In this document: piece after piece, positions 24,058-36,401 of the stretch | How the letters are laid out: each line of letters begins with the position of its first letter | How positions within the stretch are numbered: the stretch's first letter is position 1 | Origin: Pseudomonas aeruginosa PAO1 | GTDB lineage: Bacteria > Pseudomonadota > Gammaproteobacteria > Pseudomonadales > Pseudomonadaceae | Assembly (NCBI RefSeq): GCF_000006765.1 | Contig: NC_002516.2 | DNA length: 64,000 nt | Strand: one strand, 5' to 3' | Made by a program: the position numbers and the translations under genes | The notes under the pieces: generated by a model | What the model was told of the DNA's origin: nothing | Database searches by the model: none | Seen by the model: only the letters and a program-made list of their open reading frames with translations

Positions 24058-25410
24058 TCAGGATTCCTCGACGGCCAGCGCGGCGGCGCTTTCCCGCTGC
24101 GCCTGGGCGGCGGGCGAGCGGACCTGGAGGATCAGTAGCGCGGCGAGCCCGGCGGGAATCGCCGCAAGCATGAAGATGTTCTCCACGGATATGTGCATGC
24201 CCAGCAGCAGGCTGCCGAACAGTGGGCCGAGGATCGAACCGAAGCGGCCCACGCCCAGCGCCCAGCCGGTGCCGGTGGCGCGTACCTGGGCCGGGTAGAA
24301 GTTGCTGGCGAAGGCGTTCAGGGTCAACTGCCCGCCGATGATGCAGAAGCCGGCGGCGAAGACGAACGCCAGCAGCCAGCGCGGCTGGTCGTGGTTGAGG
24401 CCGAGGAGCAGGGTGAACAGCGCGGCGCCGGCGAGAATCGCCGCCAGCAGGCGGACCTTGCTGCGCAGGCGGTCGGCGAGCCAGGCCAGGAGCATCGCGC
24501 CGAGGGTGCCGGCGAAGAGGAACATCGAGGTCGCCAGGTTCGCCGCATTGCGTGTCAGGCCGCTTTCCTGGAGCAGCGAGGGCAGCCAGCTGACCATGAA
24601 GTAGAGCAGGATCAGGCTGACGAAGAAGGTCGCCCAGAGCAGTAGGGTCGGCCGCGCGTAACCGTGGCGGAACAGCTCCAGCACGGTCAGGCTTGCCGCC
24701 GGCTCGGCGTCGGCCTCTGCCGGCGGCGGCTGCCAGCCCGGCGCCATACGCTCGCTGAGCTGGCGCAGGCGGGCATAGGGCGGTGCGTCGCGGAGCAGGC
24801 GCGGCAGCGACTCCGGGAGGAACAGGAGGAGGAAGGGGAACAGCAGCAACGGGGTGACGCCGCCGGCGAGGAACACCGCCTGCCAGCCGAAGCCGTCCAT
24901 GAAGGCGGCGGCGACGAAACCGCCGGCGGCGCCGCCGAAGGAGAAACCGCAGGCCGCCAGGGTGACCATCAGGGTACGCAGGCGCGGTGGCGAATACTCG
25001 GCCATCAGCGCCATGGCACTGGGCATCGCCCCGCCCATTCCGATGCCGCAGACGAAGCGCGCCAGCATCAGGCTTTCCAGGGAACCGGCGAAGACCATCA
25101 GGACGGTCAGGCTGGCGTAGATCAGCACGCAGCAGAGCAACACCCGGCGGATGCCGAAGCGGTCCGCCAGCGGCGTCACCAGCAGCGAACCGACGGTCAG
25201 GCCGAACAGGTTGGCGCTGAACACCGGGCCGAACGCGGCCTTGTCCAGGCCCCATTCCTGGGCCAGGGTCGGCACCACGTAGCCGAGCACCTGGGCATCG
25301 TAGCCATCGGTGACCAGCAACAGGGCGAGGAGCAGCAGCAACAGCCACTGGTAGCGGGACACGGGGCGCGCGTCGAGCGCCGCGCGAAAGCTGGCGATCT
25401 GGTTGTGCAT
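24058..25410 (-). CDS. Aromatic acid:H+ symporter-type MFS transporter, 450 aa
   Basis: DGYDAQVLGY, LADRFGIRR, EYSPPRLR, GVGRFGSILGP; last gene of the hmg cluster. Confidence 0.85.
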   Translation of the reverse strand: MHNQIASFRAALDARPVSRYQWLLLLLLALLLVTDGYDAQVLGYVVPTLAQEWGLDKAAFGPVFSANLFGLTVGSLLVTPLADRFGIRRVLLCCVLIYASLTVLMVFAGSLESLMLARFVCGIGMGGAMPSAMALMAEYSPPRLRTLMVTLAACGFSFGGAAGGFVAAAFMDGFGWQAVFLAGGVTPLLLFPFLLLFLPESLPRLLRDAPPYARLRQLSERMAPGWQPPPAEADAEPAASLTVLELFRHGYARPTLLLWATFFVSLILLYFMVSWLPSLLQESGLTRNAANLATSMFLFAGTLGAMLLAWLADRLRSKVRLLAAILAGAALFTLLLGLNHDQPRWLLAFVFAAGFCIIGGQLTLNAFASNFYPAQVRATGTGWALGVGRFGSILGPLFGSLLLGMHISVENIFMLAAIPAGLAALLILQVRSPAAQAQRESAAALAVEES

Positions 25411-25493
25411 CGCAAGGTACCTGAGGTTCTTATTGGTGATGGGGCGTCCGGCGGACGCCCCCTTTATCTTCAGGAGCGGGACTCTGCGGTCCC

Positions 25494-26132
25494 TCAGGCG
25501 GCCGGGGTGTCCGGCTGGTTGGCCGGATGGGCCTGGCGGAACGCCGGATGGGCGGCGGCCAGGTCGGCGACCCGGCGGATCCGTGGCCAGGCGTCCAGCG
25601 CCACGCCGAAGCGCTCGGCGGCGTAGAGCTGCGGGACCAGGTAGACGTCGGCCAGGCCCGGCCGGTCGCCGAAGCACCAGCCCTGGTCGCCGATCAGTTG
25701 CTCGACGGCGGCGAGACCCTGGCCGACCCAGTGGCCGATCCACTGCCGGACCTGCTCTTCGTCGTGGCCCCACTGACGCAGCAGGTTGAGCACGCTGGCG
25801 TTGTGCAACGGGTGGATGTCGCAGCCGACCAGCGCCGCGACTCCGCGCTCGCGGGCGCGGCGCAGCGGATCGCTGGAGAGCAGGGCGGGTTGCGGGTAGC
25901 GCTCCTCGAGGTACTCGATGATCGCCGGCGACTGGATCAGCAGCTCGCCCTCGTCGACCTGCAGGGCCGGTACGCGGCCCTGCGGGTTGAGCGCCAGGTA
26001 GGCGGGTTGGCGGTGTTCGCCGCCGTCGCGGATCAGGTTGACCGGCAGCGACTGGTAGTCCAGCCCCTTCAGCGCCAGGGCGATGCGCACCCGGTAGGAG
26101 GAGGTGGAACGGTAGTAGGTATAGAGCTTCAT
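25494..26132 (-). CDS. maiA: Maleylacetoacetate isomerase (GST zeta)
   Basis: MKLYTYYRSTSSYRVRIAL, LNPQGRVP, IHPLHN, HPANQPD. Confidence 0.95.
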   Translation of the reverse strand: MKLYTYYRSTSSYRVRIALALKGLDYQSLPVNLIRDGGEHRQPAYLALNPQGRVPALQVDEGELLIQSPAIIEYLEERYPQPALLSSDPLRRARERGVAALVGCDIHPLHNASVLNLLRQWGHDEEQVRQWIGHWVGQGLAAVEQLIGDQGWCFGDRPGLADVYLVPQLYAAERFGVALDAWPRIRRVADLAAAHPAFRQAHPANQPDTPAA

Positions 26133-27427
26133 CCGCGCGCCCCCGGAAGGGCCGCGAGCACCTTGCCGCGACATTCGCCGAAACCGATCGAGACATGTCC
26201 CTCGCGCTTGCAGCGGGCGCGGAGGATGACCTCGTCGCCGTCCTCGAGGAAGCGCCGGGTCTCGCCGGAGGCCAGTTGCACCGGCTGCTTGCCGCCAGCG
26301 GTGATCTCCAGCAGCGAGCCGAACTGGCCGGGCTCGGCGCCGGACAGGGTGCCGGAGCCGAACAGGTCGCCGGGCTGCAACTGGCAGCCATTGACGCTGT
26401 GGTGGGCGACCATCTGCGCCACCGTCCAGTACATGCTCAGGCTGTTGCTCAGGGTCAGGCGCTGCGGCGGCAGGCCTTTCTCGCGCAGGCCCTCGGTGAG
26501 CAGCAGGACCTCCAGCTCGATGTCGAAGGCGCCGTGGGCCTGGTCGTTGTCGTCGTAGAGATACGGCAGCGGCCGCGGGTCGCCTTCGGGGCGCGCTGGC
26601 TGGGCACGGCGGAACGGCTCCAGGGCTTCGGCGGTGACCACCCAGGGCGAGACGCTGGTAATGAAGCTCTTCGACAGGAACGGGCCGAGCGGTTGGTATT
26701 CCCAGGCCTGGATGTCGCGCGCCGACCAGTCGTTGAGCAGGCAGAAGCCGGCGATGTGCTCGGCGGCGCGGGAAACCGGGATGGCTTCGCCGAGGGCGTT
26801 GCCCTGGCCGATCCAGATGCCCAGCTCCAGTTCGTAGTCCAGGCGCGCGCAGGGGCCGAACACCGGCTCGCTGGCGCCGGCCGGCAGGGTCTGGCCGTTG
26901 GGCCGGCGCACTTCGCTGCCGGAGACGCGCACGGTCGAGGCGCGGCCGTGGTAGCCGATGGGCACGTGCTTGTAGTTGGGCAGCAGTGGGTTGTCCGGGC
27001 GGAACAGCTTGCCGACGTTCTCGGCATGGCGGATGCCGACGTAGAAGTCGGTGTAGTCGCCGATCCTGGCCGGTAGGTGCATTTGGCACTCGGCGGCCGG
27101 ATGGAGCAGTTCCGGGCGCTCCGCGGCGCCTTCGCCGAGCAGCTCCAGCAGGCGCTGGCGCAGCGCCACGCGGGCCGGCTTGCCGAGGGCGAAGAAGGCG
27201 TTCAGCGCGCCGCCGCGGGTGGCTTCGGCGGCTTCGCCGGCGGCACCCTCGAACAGCCCGGCGGCCAGCGCCGCGTCCAGGTCGAGGATCGAGTCGCCGA
27301 TGGCCACGCCGCAACGCGGGCTCAGGCCGGCACGGCTGAAGATGCCCAGCGGCAGGTTTTGCAGGGGAAAGTCGGCATGCCCATTGGCGGAGGCGACCCA
27401 GCTACGAGTGGGGGTTGGCTGGTTCAT
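26129..27427 (-). CDS. fahA: Fumarylacetoacetase
   Basis: FPLQNLPLGIF, GDYTDFY, PIGYHGRASTV, LDYELE, NDWSARDIQAWEYQPLGPF. Confidence 0.95.
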   Translation of the reverse strand: MNQPTPTRSWVASANGHADFPLQNLPLGIFSRAGLSPRCGVAIGDSILDLDAALAAGLFEGAAGEAAEATRGGALNAFFALGKPARVALRQRLLELLGEGAAERPELLHPAAECQMHLPARIGDYTDFYVGIRHAENVGKLFRPDNPLLPNYKHVPIGYHGRASTVRVSGSEVRRPNGQTLPAGASEPVFGPCARLDYELELGIWIGQGNALGEAIPVSRAAEHIAGFCLLNDWSARDIQAWEYQPLGPFLSKSFITSVSPWVVTAEALEPFRRAQPARPEGDPRPLPYLYDDNDQAHGAFDIELEVLLLTEGLREKGLPPQRLTLSNSLSMYWTVAQMVAHHSVNGCQLQPGDLFGSGTLSGAEPGQFGSLLEITAGGKQPVQLASGETRRFLEDGDEVILRARCKREGHVSIGFGECRGKVLAALPGARG

Positions 27428-27431
27428 GGGG

Positions 27432-28730
27432 TTATCTCCGTTGCGGGTTGAAGGTGGATACGAGCGACGCCCAGCAGGCATCGTAGTCATTCTGCAGGGC
27501 CGGCGTCTCGAGGGCGGCACGGCTCGGCCGGAGGACCTGGCTGGTCTCGAACATGAAGGCCATGGTCTGGTCGATCCTGTGCGGCTTGAGGTCGGCGGCG
27601 ATGGCCTTGTCGCAGCTTTCCGCGTCCGGGCCGTGGGCGCTCATGCAACTGTGCAGCGAGGCGCCGCCGGGCACGAAGCCGCCGGCCTTGGCGTCATAGG
27701 CGCCCTGGATCAGGCCCATGAATTCGTTCATCAGGTTGCGGTGGAACCATGGCGGACGGAAGGTGTTCTCGGCCACCATCCAGCGCGGCGGGAAGATCAC
27801 GAAGTCGATGTTGGCCAGGCCGGGGACGCTGGTGGGGGAGGTCAGCACGGTGAAGATCGACGGGTCCGGGTGGTCGAAGCTGACCGTGCCGATGGTGTTG
27901 AAGCGGCGCAGGTCGTACTTGTAGGGCACGTTGTTGCCGTGCCAGGCGACCACGTCCAGCGGCGAGTGGTCAAGCTCGCAGGCCCACAGCTCGCCGAGGT
28001 ATTTCTGCACCAGTTGCAGCGGCTGGCGGCTGTCCTCGTAGCGCGCCACCGGGGTCAGGAAGTCGCGCGGATTGGCCAGGCCATTGCTGCCGATCGGGCC
28101 GAGGTCGGGCAGGCGCAGCGGCGCGCCGTGGTTCTCGGCGATATAGCCGCGTGCCTCGCCGTCGAGCAGCTCGACGCGGAACTTCATCCCGCGCGGGATC
28201 ACCGCGATCTCCAGCGGTTCGACTTGCAGCGCGCCGAGTTCGGTGCACAGGCGCAGACGGCCCAATTGCGGGACCAGCAGCAGTTCGCCATCGGCGTCGT
28301 AGAAGCAACGCTCCATCGAGCGGTTGGCCAGGTACTGGTAGATGCTCACGCCGGCGGGCTTGTCGCCGGGCGCGTTGGCGGCCATGCGCAGCAGGCCGTC
28401 GAGGAAGTCGGTGGGCTGCTCGGGCAGTGCCAGCGGGTCCCAGCGCAGGCGGTTGGGAGTCGGCGCATCCAGTTCGGCACCGGCGATCTGTCGTTCCAGG
28501 CGGCGGAACGGCGGATGCTTGGCCGACGGCGTGATGCGGTACAGCCAGGTGCGCCGGGCCTCGCTGCGAGCCATGGTGAAGGCGGTGCCGGAGAGCAGTT
28601 CGGCGTACAGGCCGTAGGGCGCTTTCTGCGGGGAGTTCTGGCCGACCGGCAGGGCGCCGGGGAGCGCTTCGCTGCTGAATTCGTTGCCGAAGCCCGATTG
28701 ATAGGCGAGGGCAGTGGAGTCGAGGTTCAT
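27432..28730 (-). CDS. hmgA: Homogentisate 1,2-dioxygenase
   Basis: [48 protein letters not shown]. Confidence 0.96.
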
Positions 28731-28806
28731 CTGAGGCCTCCGGGGAGTGGGGGCAGCTTGCCGCCGATCCGCCGGGGACCTGGCACGCTGGCTGCGTTAT
28801 TTTTAT

Positions 28807-28821
28807 CGTAATTCAATTACG
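28807..28821. promoter_or_regulatory. Palindromic operator in the hmgA/hmgR divergent region (HmgR site)
   Basis: CGTAATT-C-AATTACG perfect 7-1-7; a further half-site ACGTAATT follows; resembles the P. putida HmgR operator as I recall it. Confidence 0.7.
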
Positions 28822-28890
28822 CATAACGTAATTTGAGTGGAAGGCAGCGTCAAGCTATAACGTCGGCCCCGCCCGCAGGAACCCGCGTCC

Positions 28891-29694
28891 ATGGAAAAGA
28901 ACAGCAGTCCCGCCGAAACCTCCGGCAAGCAGAAGGTCCGCTCCGCCGAAGTCGGTACCGATATCCTCAAGGCCCTCGCCGAACTCTCCCCGGCGACCTC
29001 GCTGTCGCGCCTGGCGGAGCATGTGGGGATGCCGGCGAGCAAGGTCCATCGCTATCTGCAGGCATTGATCGCCAGCGGCTTCGCGGTCCAGGACGCCTCC
29101 ACCAATCATTACTCGCTGGGGCGCGAGGCGCTGCGCGTGGGCCTGGCGGCGCTGGACAGCATGGACGTGCTGAAGAGCGCCGCCGCGCCGCTGGCCGAGC
29201 TGCGCGACGTGCTCAACGAGACCTGCTTCCTCGCCGTCTGGGGCAACCGTGGCGCCACCGTGGTACAGGTGGAACAGGCGGTGCGCGCGGTGACGGTGGT
29301 CACCCAGGTCGGCTCGGTGCTGCCGCTGCTCGGTTCGTCCACCGGCCTGGTGTTCGCCGCGTTCCTGCCGGAACGCGAGGTGGCCGAGCTGCGCGAGGAA
29401 GAGTTGGCCGGGCGTGCCGACCATCCGCTGGCCGACCCGGCGGCCTACGCGGTGCTCCTGGAGGGCATCCGCGCGCGCGGCCTGCATGCGATCCATGGGC
29501 TGCTGATGCCTGGGGTGGAGGCGCTCTCGGCACCGGTGTTCGACGCCCGCGGGCGGGTGGCGGCGGTGCTCACGGTGGTCGGCCCGGCGAGCATCTTCCA
29601 GGCCGAGGAGCAGGGGCCAGCGGCGGAACGGCTGCTTGCGACGACTCGGGCTATCAGTTGGCGGATGGGGTATGACGGCACCCAGGGTGGATGA
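28891..29694 (+). CDS. hmgR: IclR-family repressor of the hmg operon
   Basis: IclR HTH SLSRLAEHVGMPASKVHRYLQALIASGF; divergent from hmgA. Confidence 0.88.
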   Translation: MEKNSSPAETSGKQKVRSAEVGTDILKALAELSPATSLSRLAEHVGMPASKVHRYLQALIASGFAVQDASTNHYSLGREALRVGLAALDSMDVLKSAAAPLAELRDVLNETCFLAVWGNRGATVVQVEQAVRAVTVVTQVGSVLPLLGSSTGLVFAAFLPEREVAELREEELAGRADHPLADPAAYAVLLEGIRARGLHAIHGLLMPGVEALSAPVFDARGRVAAVLTVVGPASIFQAEEQGPAAERLLATTRAISWRMGYDGTQGG

Positions 29695-29724
29695 CGCAGT
29701 CTCCGAGCCTGGGCGCGACGTCGG

Positions 29725-29756
29725 GTAGGGCGGATAACCGCTCGCGGTTATCCGCC
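29725..29756 (+). repeat. GTAG-type REP palindrome between convergent hmgR and liuE
   Basis: GTAG-GGCGGATAACCGC-TC-GCGGTTATCCGCC, same family as ~19975-20007. Confidence 0.85.
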
Positions 29757-29761
29757 GCTTC

Positions 29762-30664
29762 TCAGGCCTTGGCCAGCAACGCTTTCGCCGCTCGCGACCC
29801 GTTGCTCTTGCCGAGCACCGCGCAGATACGCTGGCCGGCGTCGACCAGGGCGTGCATGTCGACCCCGGTATGGATCTCCAGGCCGTTCAGCAGGTAGAGG
29901 ACGTCTTCGCTGGCGACGTTGCCGGTGGCGCCCTTGGCGTAGGGACAACCGCCGAGGCCGGCCACCGAGCTGTCGAATACCGCGATGCCTTCCAGCAGGC
30001 TGGCGTAGATGTTCGCCAGGGCTTGCCCGTAGGTGTCGTGGAAGTGCCCGGCGAGGCGCTCGCGGGGAACCTCGCTGGCCACCGCCTCGATCAGCCGGCG
30101 GGTGGCGCCGGCGGTGCCGACGCCGATGGTGTCGCCCAGGGACACCTCGTAGCAGCCCATCTGCTGCAGTTCGCGGGCGACCCAGGCGACCTGGCGCGGA
30201 TCGACATCGCCGTCGTAGGGACAGCCGAGCACGCAGGAAATGTAGCCGCGCACCCGCACCTGGTGCTGGCGCGCCGCCTCCAGCACCGGTACGAAGCGCT
30301 CCAGGCTGTCCTTGATCGAGCAGTTGATGTTGCGCTGGGAGAAGGCTTCCGACGCGGCGGCGAACACCGCCACTTCCTTCACTCCCGACTCCAGCGCCGC
30401 CTCGAAGCCTTTCAGGTTCGGCGCCAGCGCCGCGTAGGTCACGCCGGGACGCTGGCGGATGCCGGCGAATACCTCGGCCGAGCCGGCCATCTGCGGCACC
30501 CACTTGGGCGAGACGAAGCTGCCCACTTCGATGTAGTCCAGGCCGGCGGCGCTCAGGTCATCGACCAGGCGGATCTTGTCGGCCACCTCGATCGGCTGTT
30601 TCTCGTTCTGCAGTCCGTCGCGCGGACCGACCTCCACCAGGCGGACCTTCTTCGGCAGGTTCAT
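29762..30664 (-). CDS. liuE: Hydroxymethylglutaryl-CoA lyase
   Basis: VEVGPRDGLQNE, SLGDTIG, HFHDTYG, GLGGCPYA. Confidence 0.95.
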   Translation of the reverse strand: MNLPKKVRLVEVGPRDGLQNEKQPIEVADKIRLVDDLSAAGLDYIEVGSFVSPKWVPQMAGSAEVFAGIRQRPGVTYAALAPNLKGFEAALESGVKEVAVFAAASEAFSQRNINCSIKDSLERFVPVLEAARQHQVRVRGYISCVLGCPYDGDVDPRQVAWVARELQQMGCYEVSLGDTIGVGTAGATRRLIEAVASEVPRERLAGHFHDTYGQALANIYASLLEGIAVFDSSVAGLGGCPYAKGATGNVASEDVLYLLNGLEIHTGVDMHALVDAGQRICAVLGKSNGSRAAKALLAKA

Positions 30665-30684
30665 GCTGTTCCTCGTCTTGGCTG

Positions 30685-32652
30685 TCAGGCCTGGTTCTCG
30701 TCCAGCTCCACCAGCGGCGTGCCTTCCTCGACCAGTTCGCCCTCGCTGCAATACAGCGCCTTCACTACCCCGGCGTGGGGCGCGCGGATGCTGTGTTCCA
30801 TCTTCATCGCCTCCAGCACCACCAGGGTGGCGCCGGCTTCGACCGTCTGGCCGGGCTCGACCAGGACCCGCACGATACTGCCGTTCATCGGCGCGCTCAA
30901 ACCGCCCTGGTGGGCATGGGCGGCCTCGGCCTCGGCGATCGGGTCGACGGCTTCGATGGCCAGCAGTTCGCCCTCCCATTCGAGGAACAATTGGCGTCCG
31001 CGGCGCAACGCCGCCGAGCGACGGGTGACACCGTCCACCCGGCTGACCAGGTCGTCGCCGTCGAGGCGATACTGGCTGGGGCTGGCGTGGCGCAGGCGGA
31101 CGCAGCGGCGTTCGTCGCGGCAGCGCAGCATCAGGTCGGACTCCCGCGCCAGGGCGCTGCGCCAGCCGTCGTTGCGGCTCCACGGCGAATGCGGGTCGTC
31201 GTCGCGACGGTGGCCCGGTTCGCTCTGCAGCCAGGCTTCGGCGGCGGCTTGCCAGAAATGCTCCGGCAGCGCTTGCGGCGCCGGCAGCAGGTCGTCTTGG
31301 TGGCGCGCGATGAACCCGGTGTCCAGTTCGGCGGCGGCGAACGCCGGATGGCCGAGGATGCGGCGGAGGAACGCCAGGTTGGTGCGCAGGCCGCCGACCG
31401 AGGTTTCCGCCAGCATCGCCAGCAGGCGCTGGCGGGCTTCCTCGCGGGTTTCGCCCCAGGCGATCAGCTTGGCCAGCATCGGGTCGTAGAACGGCGAGAC
31501 CTCGTCGCCTTCGCGTACCCCGCTGTCGACCCGCCGGCCGGGGCCGGCGGCCGCTTCGCGGTATAGCATCAGGCGGCCGCTGGCGGGGAGGAAGTCGCCC
31601 TCGGGGTCTTCCGCATAGAGCCGTACTTCGATGGCGTGGCCGTTCAGCGGTACCTGTTCCTGCGTCAGCGGTAGCGCCTCGCCGCGAGCGACGCGGATCT
31701 GCCAGGCGACCAGGTCGAGGCCGGTGATGGCCTCGGTGACCGGGTGTTCCACCTGCAGGCGGGTGTTCATTTCCATGAAGAAGAACTGGCCGCGTTCGTC
31801 GAGGAGGAATTCGACGGTACCGGCGCCGACGTAGCCGATCGCCTGCGCCGCGCGTACCGCGGCCTCGCCCATGGCCCGGCGCAGTTCCGCGCCGAGACCG
31901 GGGGCGGGGGCTTCCTCGACGACCTTCTGGTGGCGGCGCTGGATCGAACAGTCGCGTTCGTTGAGGTACAGGCAGTGGCCATGGCGGTCGGCGAATACCT
32001 GGATCTCCACGTGGCGCGGCTTCAGCAGGTATTTCTCCACCAGCATACGCGCGTCGCCGAAGGCGGCCTTGGCCTCGCGCTGGGCGGAGGAAAGGGCCTC
32101 GGCCAGCTCGGCCTCGCGCTCCACCACCTTCATGCCCTTGCCGCCGCCGCCAGCGGCGGCCTTGAGCAGCACCGGGTAGCCGATGCGCCCGGCTTCCCGG
32201 CGGAAAGTCTCGAGGTCCTGGGCTTCGCCGTGATAGCCGGGCACCAGCGGCACGCCGGCTTCTTCCATCAGCGCCTTGGCGGCCGACTTGCTGCCCATGG
32301 CGTCGATGGCCGCCGCCGGCGGTCCGAGGAAGAGCAGGCCGGCTTCCTCGCAGGCGCGGGCGAAGTCGGCGTTCTCCGAGAGGAAGCCGTAGCCGGGGTG
32401 GATCGCCTGGGCGCCGCTGGCGAGGGCAGCTGCGATGATCCTGTCGCCGCGCAGGTAGCTGTCGGCGGGCTTGGCGCCGCCCAGGTCGACGGCGATGTCG
32501 GCTTCGGCGACGTGGCGGGCGTGGCGGTCGATGTCGCTGTGCACGGCGACGCTGCCGATGCCGAGGGCGCGCGCGCTGCGCATCACCCGGCAGGCGATCT
32601 CGCCGCGGTTGGCGACCAGGAGGCGCTGGATGCTGCGGTAGTCCGGGTTCAT
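30685..32652 (-). CDS. liuD: Methylcrotonyl-CoA carboxylase biotin-containing alpha subunit
   Basis: ANRGEIA, HPGYGFLSEN, EMNTRLQVEHPVTE, EAMKMEH. Confidence 0.95.
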   Translation of the reverse strand: MNPDYRSIQRLLVANRGEIACRVMRSARALGIGSVAVHSDIDRHARHVAEADIAVDLGGAKPADSYLRGDRIIAAALASGAQAIHPGYGFLSENADFARACEEAGLLFLGPPAAAIDAMGSKSAAKALMEEAGVPLVPGYHGEAQDLETFRREAGRIGYPVLLKAAAGGGGKGMKVVEREAELAEALSSAQREAKAAFGDARMLVEKYLLKPRHVEIQVFADRHGHCLYLNERDCSIQRRHQKVVEEAPAPGLGAELRRAMGEAAVRAAQAIGYVGAGTVEFLLDERGQFFFMEMNTRLQVEHPVTEAITGLDLVAWQIRVARGEALPLTQEQVPLNGHAIEVRLYAEDPEGDFLPASGRLMLYREAAAGPGRRVDSGVREGDEVSPFYDPMLAKLIAWGETREEARQRLLAMLAETSVGGLRTNLAFLRRILGHPAFAAAELDTGFIARHQDDLLPAPQALPEHFWQAAAEAWLQSEPGHRRDDDPHSPWSRNDGWRSALARESDLMLRCRDERRCVRLRHASPSQYRLDGDDLVSRVDGVTRRSAALRRGRQLFLEWEGELLAIEAVDPIAEAEAAHAHQGGLSAPMNGSIVRVLVEPGQTVEAGATLVVLEAMKMEHSIRAPHAGVVKALYCSEGELVEEGTPLVELDENQA

Positions 32653-33446
32653 GCGTCGTTTCTCCAGGCGGGCGTGCGTTTCTCCAGGAAGGCGCGCAGG
32701 CCTTCCTGGCCTTCCGGGCTGATGCGGATGCGGGCGATGGCCGCCTCGGTGTAGCGGCGCAGCGCCGGGCTCAGCTCGGCGGCCTCGACCTCATGGTAGA
32801 GCGCCTTGCAGGCGACCAGGGCGCGCGGGCTGTTTTGCAGCAGGTTGGCGATCCAGGCCTCGGCCTGGCTTTCCAGTTCGGCGGCGGGACAGCTTTCGCT
32901 GAGCAGGCCCAGTTCGCTGGCGCGGCGTCCGTCGAAGCGCTCGGCGGTCAGCGAATAGCGCCGCGCGGCGCGCTGGCCGATGGCCTTGACCACGAACGGG
33001 GCGATGGTCGCCGGGATCAGGCCGATGCGTACCTCGGACAGGCAGAAGGTCGCGTCGTCGCTGCCGATGGCCATATCGCAGCAACTGACCAGGCCGACCC
33101 CGCCGCCGAACACCGCGCCCTGGACCACCGCCAGGGTCGGCTTGGGCAGGTTGTAGAGATGGGTCATGAGTTCGGCGATGCGCTGGGCGTCGGCCAGGTT
33201 GCCCTGGTAGTCGAGGTCCACCGACTGCTGCATCCAGGCCAGGTCGGCACCGCCGCAGAAGTGCCGGCCACGGCCGCGCAGCACCAGCAGGCGGACCTGC
33301 GGGTCGCTGCCGACGCGATCGATGGCCTGCAACAGTTCGTCGATCACGACGGCATTGAAGGCGTTGTTCTTTTCCGCCCGGTCCAGCCACAGGGTGGCTA
33401 CGCCGCGCGGGTCGATCTCAAGCTGGATGGTCTGGAATTCGCTCAT
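32649..33446 (-). CDS. liuC: Methylglutaconyl-CoA hydratase
   Basis: Crotonase fold FCGGADL, GGGVGL, SEVRIGLIPA. Confidence 0.92.
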   Translation of the reverse strand: MSEFQTIQLEIDPRGVATLWLDRAEKNNAFNAVVIDELLQAIDRVGSDPQVRLLVLRGRGRHFCGGADLAWMQQSVDLDYQGNLADAQRIAELMTHLYNLPKPTLAVVQGAVFGGGVGLVSCCDMAIGSDDATFCLSEVRIGLIPATIAPFVVKAIGQRAARRYSLTAERFDGRRASELGLLSESCPAAELESQAEAWIANLLQNSPRALVACKALYHEVEAAELSPALRRYTEAAIARIRISPEGQEGLRAFLEKRTPAWRNDA

Positions 33447-33459
33447 GCTGGTCTACTCG

Positions 33460-35067
<1,608 letters not shown>

Positions 35068-35189
35068 GGCGGTGGCTCCGTGTCGAGGTGGGCGGAAGCG
35101 GTTGGCGCCCGCTCCCGACCTGGCGATGCGCCTGTCGATGCAATGGAATGCCCTCTCCCTGGCGGAAAAGGGCCGGGAAGAGCGAGGCT

Positions 35190-36353
35190 TCAGCGGGTTT
35201 CGTTGAACAGCTCGCGGCCGATCAGCATGCGGCGGATCTCGCTGGTGCCGGCGCCGATCTCGTAGAGCTTGGCGTCGCGCAACAGGCGGCCGGTGGGAAA
35301 CTCGTTGATGTAGCCGTTGCCGCCGAGGATCTGGATCGCGTCCAGGGCCATCTGGGTGGCGCGCTCGGCGCTGTAGAGGATCACCCCGGCGGCGTCCTTG
35401 CGGGTCGTCTCGCCGCGGTCGCAGGCGGCGGCCACGGCGTACAGGTAGGCGCGGCTGGCGTTGAGGGCGGTGTACATGTCGGCCACCTTGCCCTGGACCA
35501 GCTGGAATTCGCCGATGCTCTGGCCGAACTGGCGGCGGTCATGGATGTACGGCACCACCACGTCCATGCACGCCTGCATGATTCCCACCGGGCCGCCGGA
35601 AAGCACCACGCGCTCGTAGTCGAGGCCGCTCATCAGTACCTTGACCCCGCCGTTGACCGCGCCGAGGACGTTCTCCTCGGGTACCTCGACGTCCTGGAAG
35701 ATCAGTTCGCAGGTGTTCGAGCCGCGCATGCCCAGCTTGTCCAGCTTCGGCCCGCGACTGAAGCCTTTCCAGTCGCGCTCGACGATGAACGCGGTGATCC
35801 CGTGCGCGCCCTTGTCCGCGTCGGTCTTGGCGTAGATCACATAGGTATGGGCATCGGGACCGTTGGTGATCCACATCTTGCTGCCGTTGAGAACGAAGCG
35901 GTCGCCGACCCGGTCCGCGCGCAGCTTCATCGAGACCACGTCGGAGCCGGCGTTGGGTTCGCTCATCGCCAGCGCACCGATGTGTTCGCCGGATACCAGG
36001 GCCGGCAGGTAGCGGGCCTTCTGTTCGGCGTTGCCGTTGCGCTTGATCTGGTTGACGCAGAGGTTGGAATGCGCGCCATAGGAGAGCGCCACCGAAGCCG
36101 AGGCCCGGCTGATCTCTTCCATGACCACGGCGTGGGCCAGGTAGCCCAGCGCCGAACCGCCGTACTCCTCGTCGACGGTGATGCCGAGCAGGCCCATCTC
36201 GCCGAACTTGCGCCACATGTCCATGGGGAACTGATTGTCCTGGTCGATCTGCGCGGCGCGCGGCTGCAGTTCGGCGGCGACGAAGCCGCGCACCTGGTCG
36301 CGGAGCATGTCGATGGTTTCGCCGAGGGCGAAGTTGAGGCTGGGATAGGTCAT
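35190..36353 (-). CDS. liuA: Isovaleryl-CoA dehydrogenase
   Basis: [42 protein letters not shown]. Confidence 0.95.
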   Translation of the reverse strand: MTYPSLNFALGETIDMLRDQVRGFVAAELQPRAAQIDQDNQFPMDMWRKFGEMGLLGITVDEEYGGSALGYLAHAVVMEEISRASASVALSYGAHSNLCVNQIKRNGNAEQKARYLPALVSGEHIGALAMSEPNAGSDVVSMKLRADRVGDRFVLNGSKMWITNGPDAHTYVIYAKTDADKGAHGITAFIVERDWKGFSRGPKLDKLGMRGSNTCELIFQDVEVPEENVLGAVNGGVKVLMSGLDYERVVLSGGPVGIMQACMDVVVPYIHDRRQFGQSIGEFQLVQGKVADMYTALNASRAYLYAVAAACDRGETTRKDAAGVILYSAERATQMALDAIQILGGNGYINEFPTGRLLRDAKLYEIGAGTSEIRRMLIGRELFNETR

Positions 36354-36401
36354 GCTTTCACCTGTAATTGTGCTTGTCCGGTTTAAAGCTTTGAATGAGG
36401 T

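Noticed and set aside
22544-27520. Apparent giant ORFs (934, 777, 606, 463 aa) suggesting fusions
   Set aside because: Upstream in-frame extensions through neighbouring genes; true starts with SD are at 23989, 25410, 26132 and 27427
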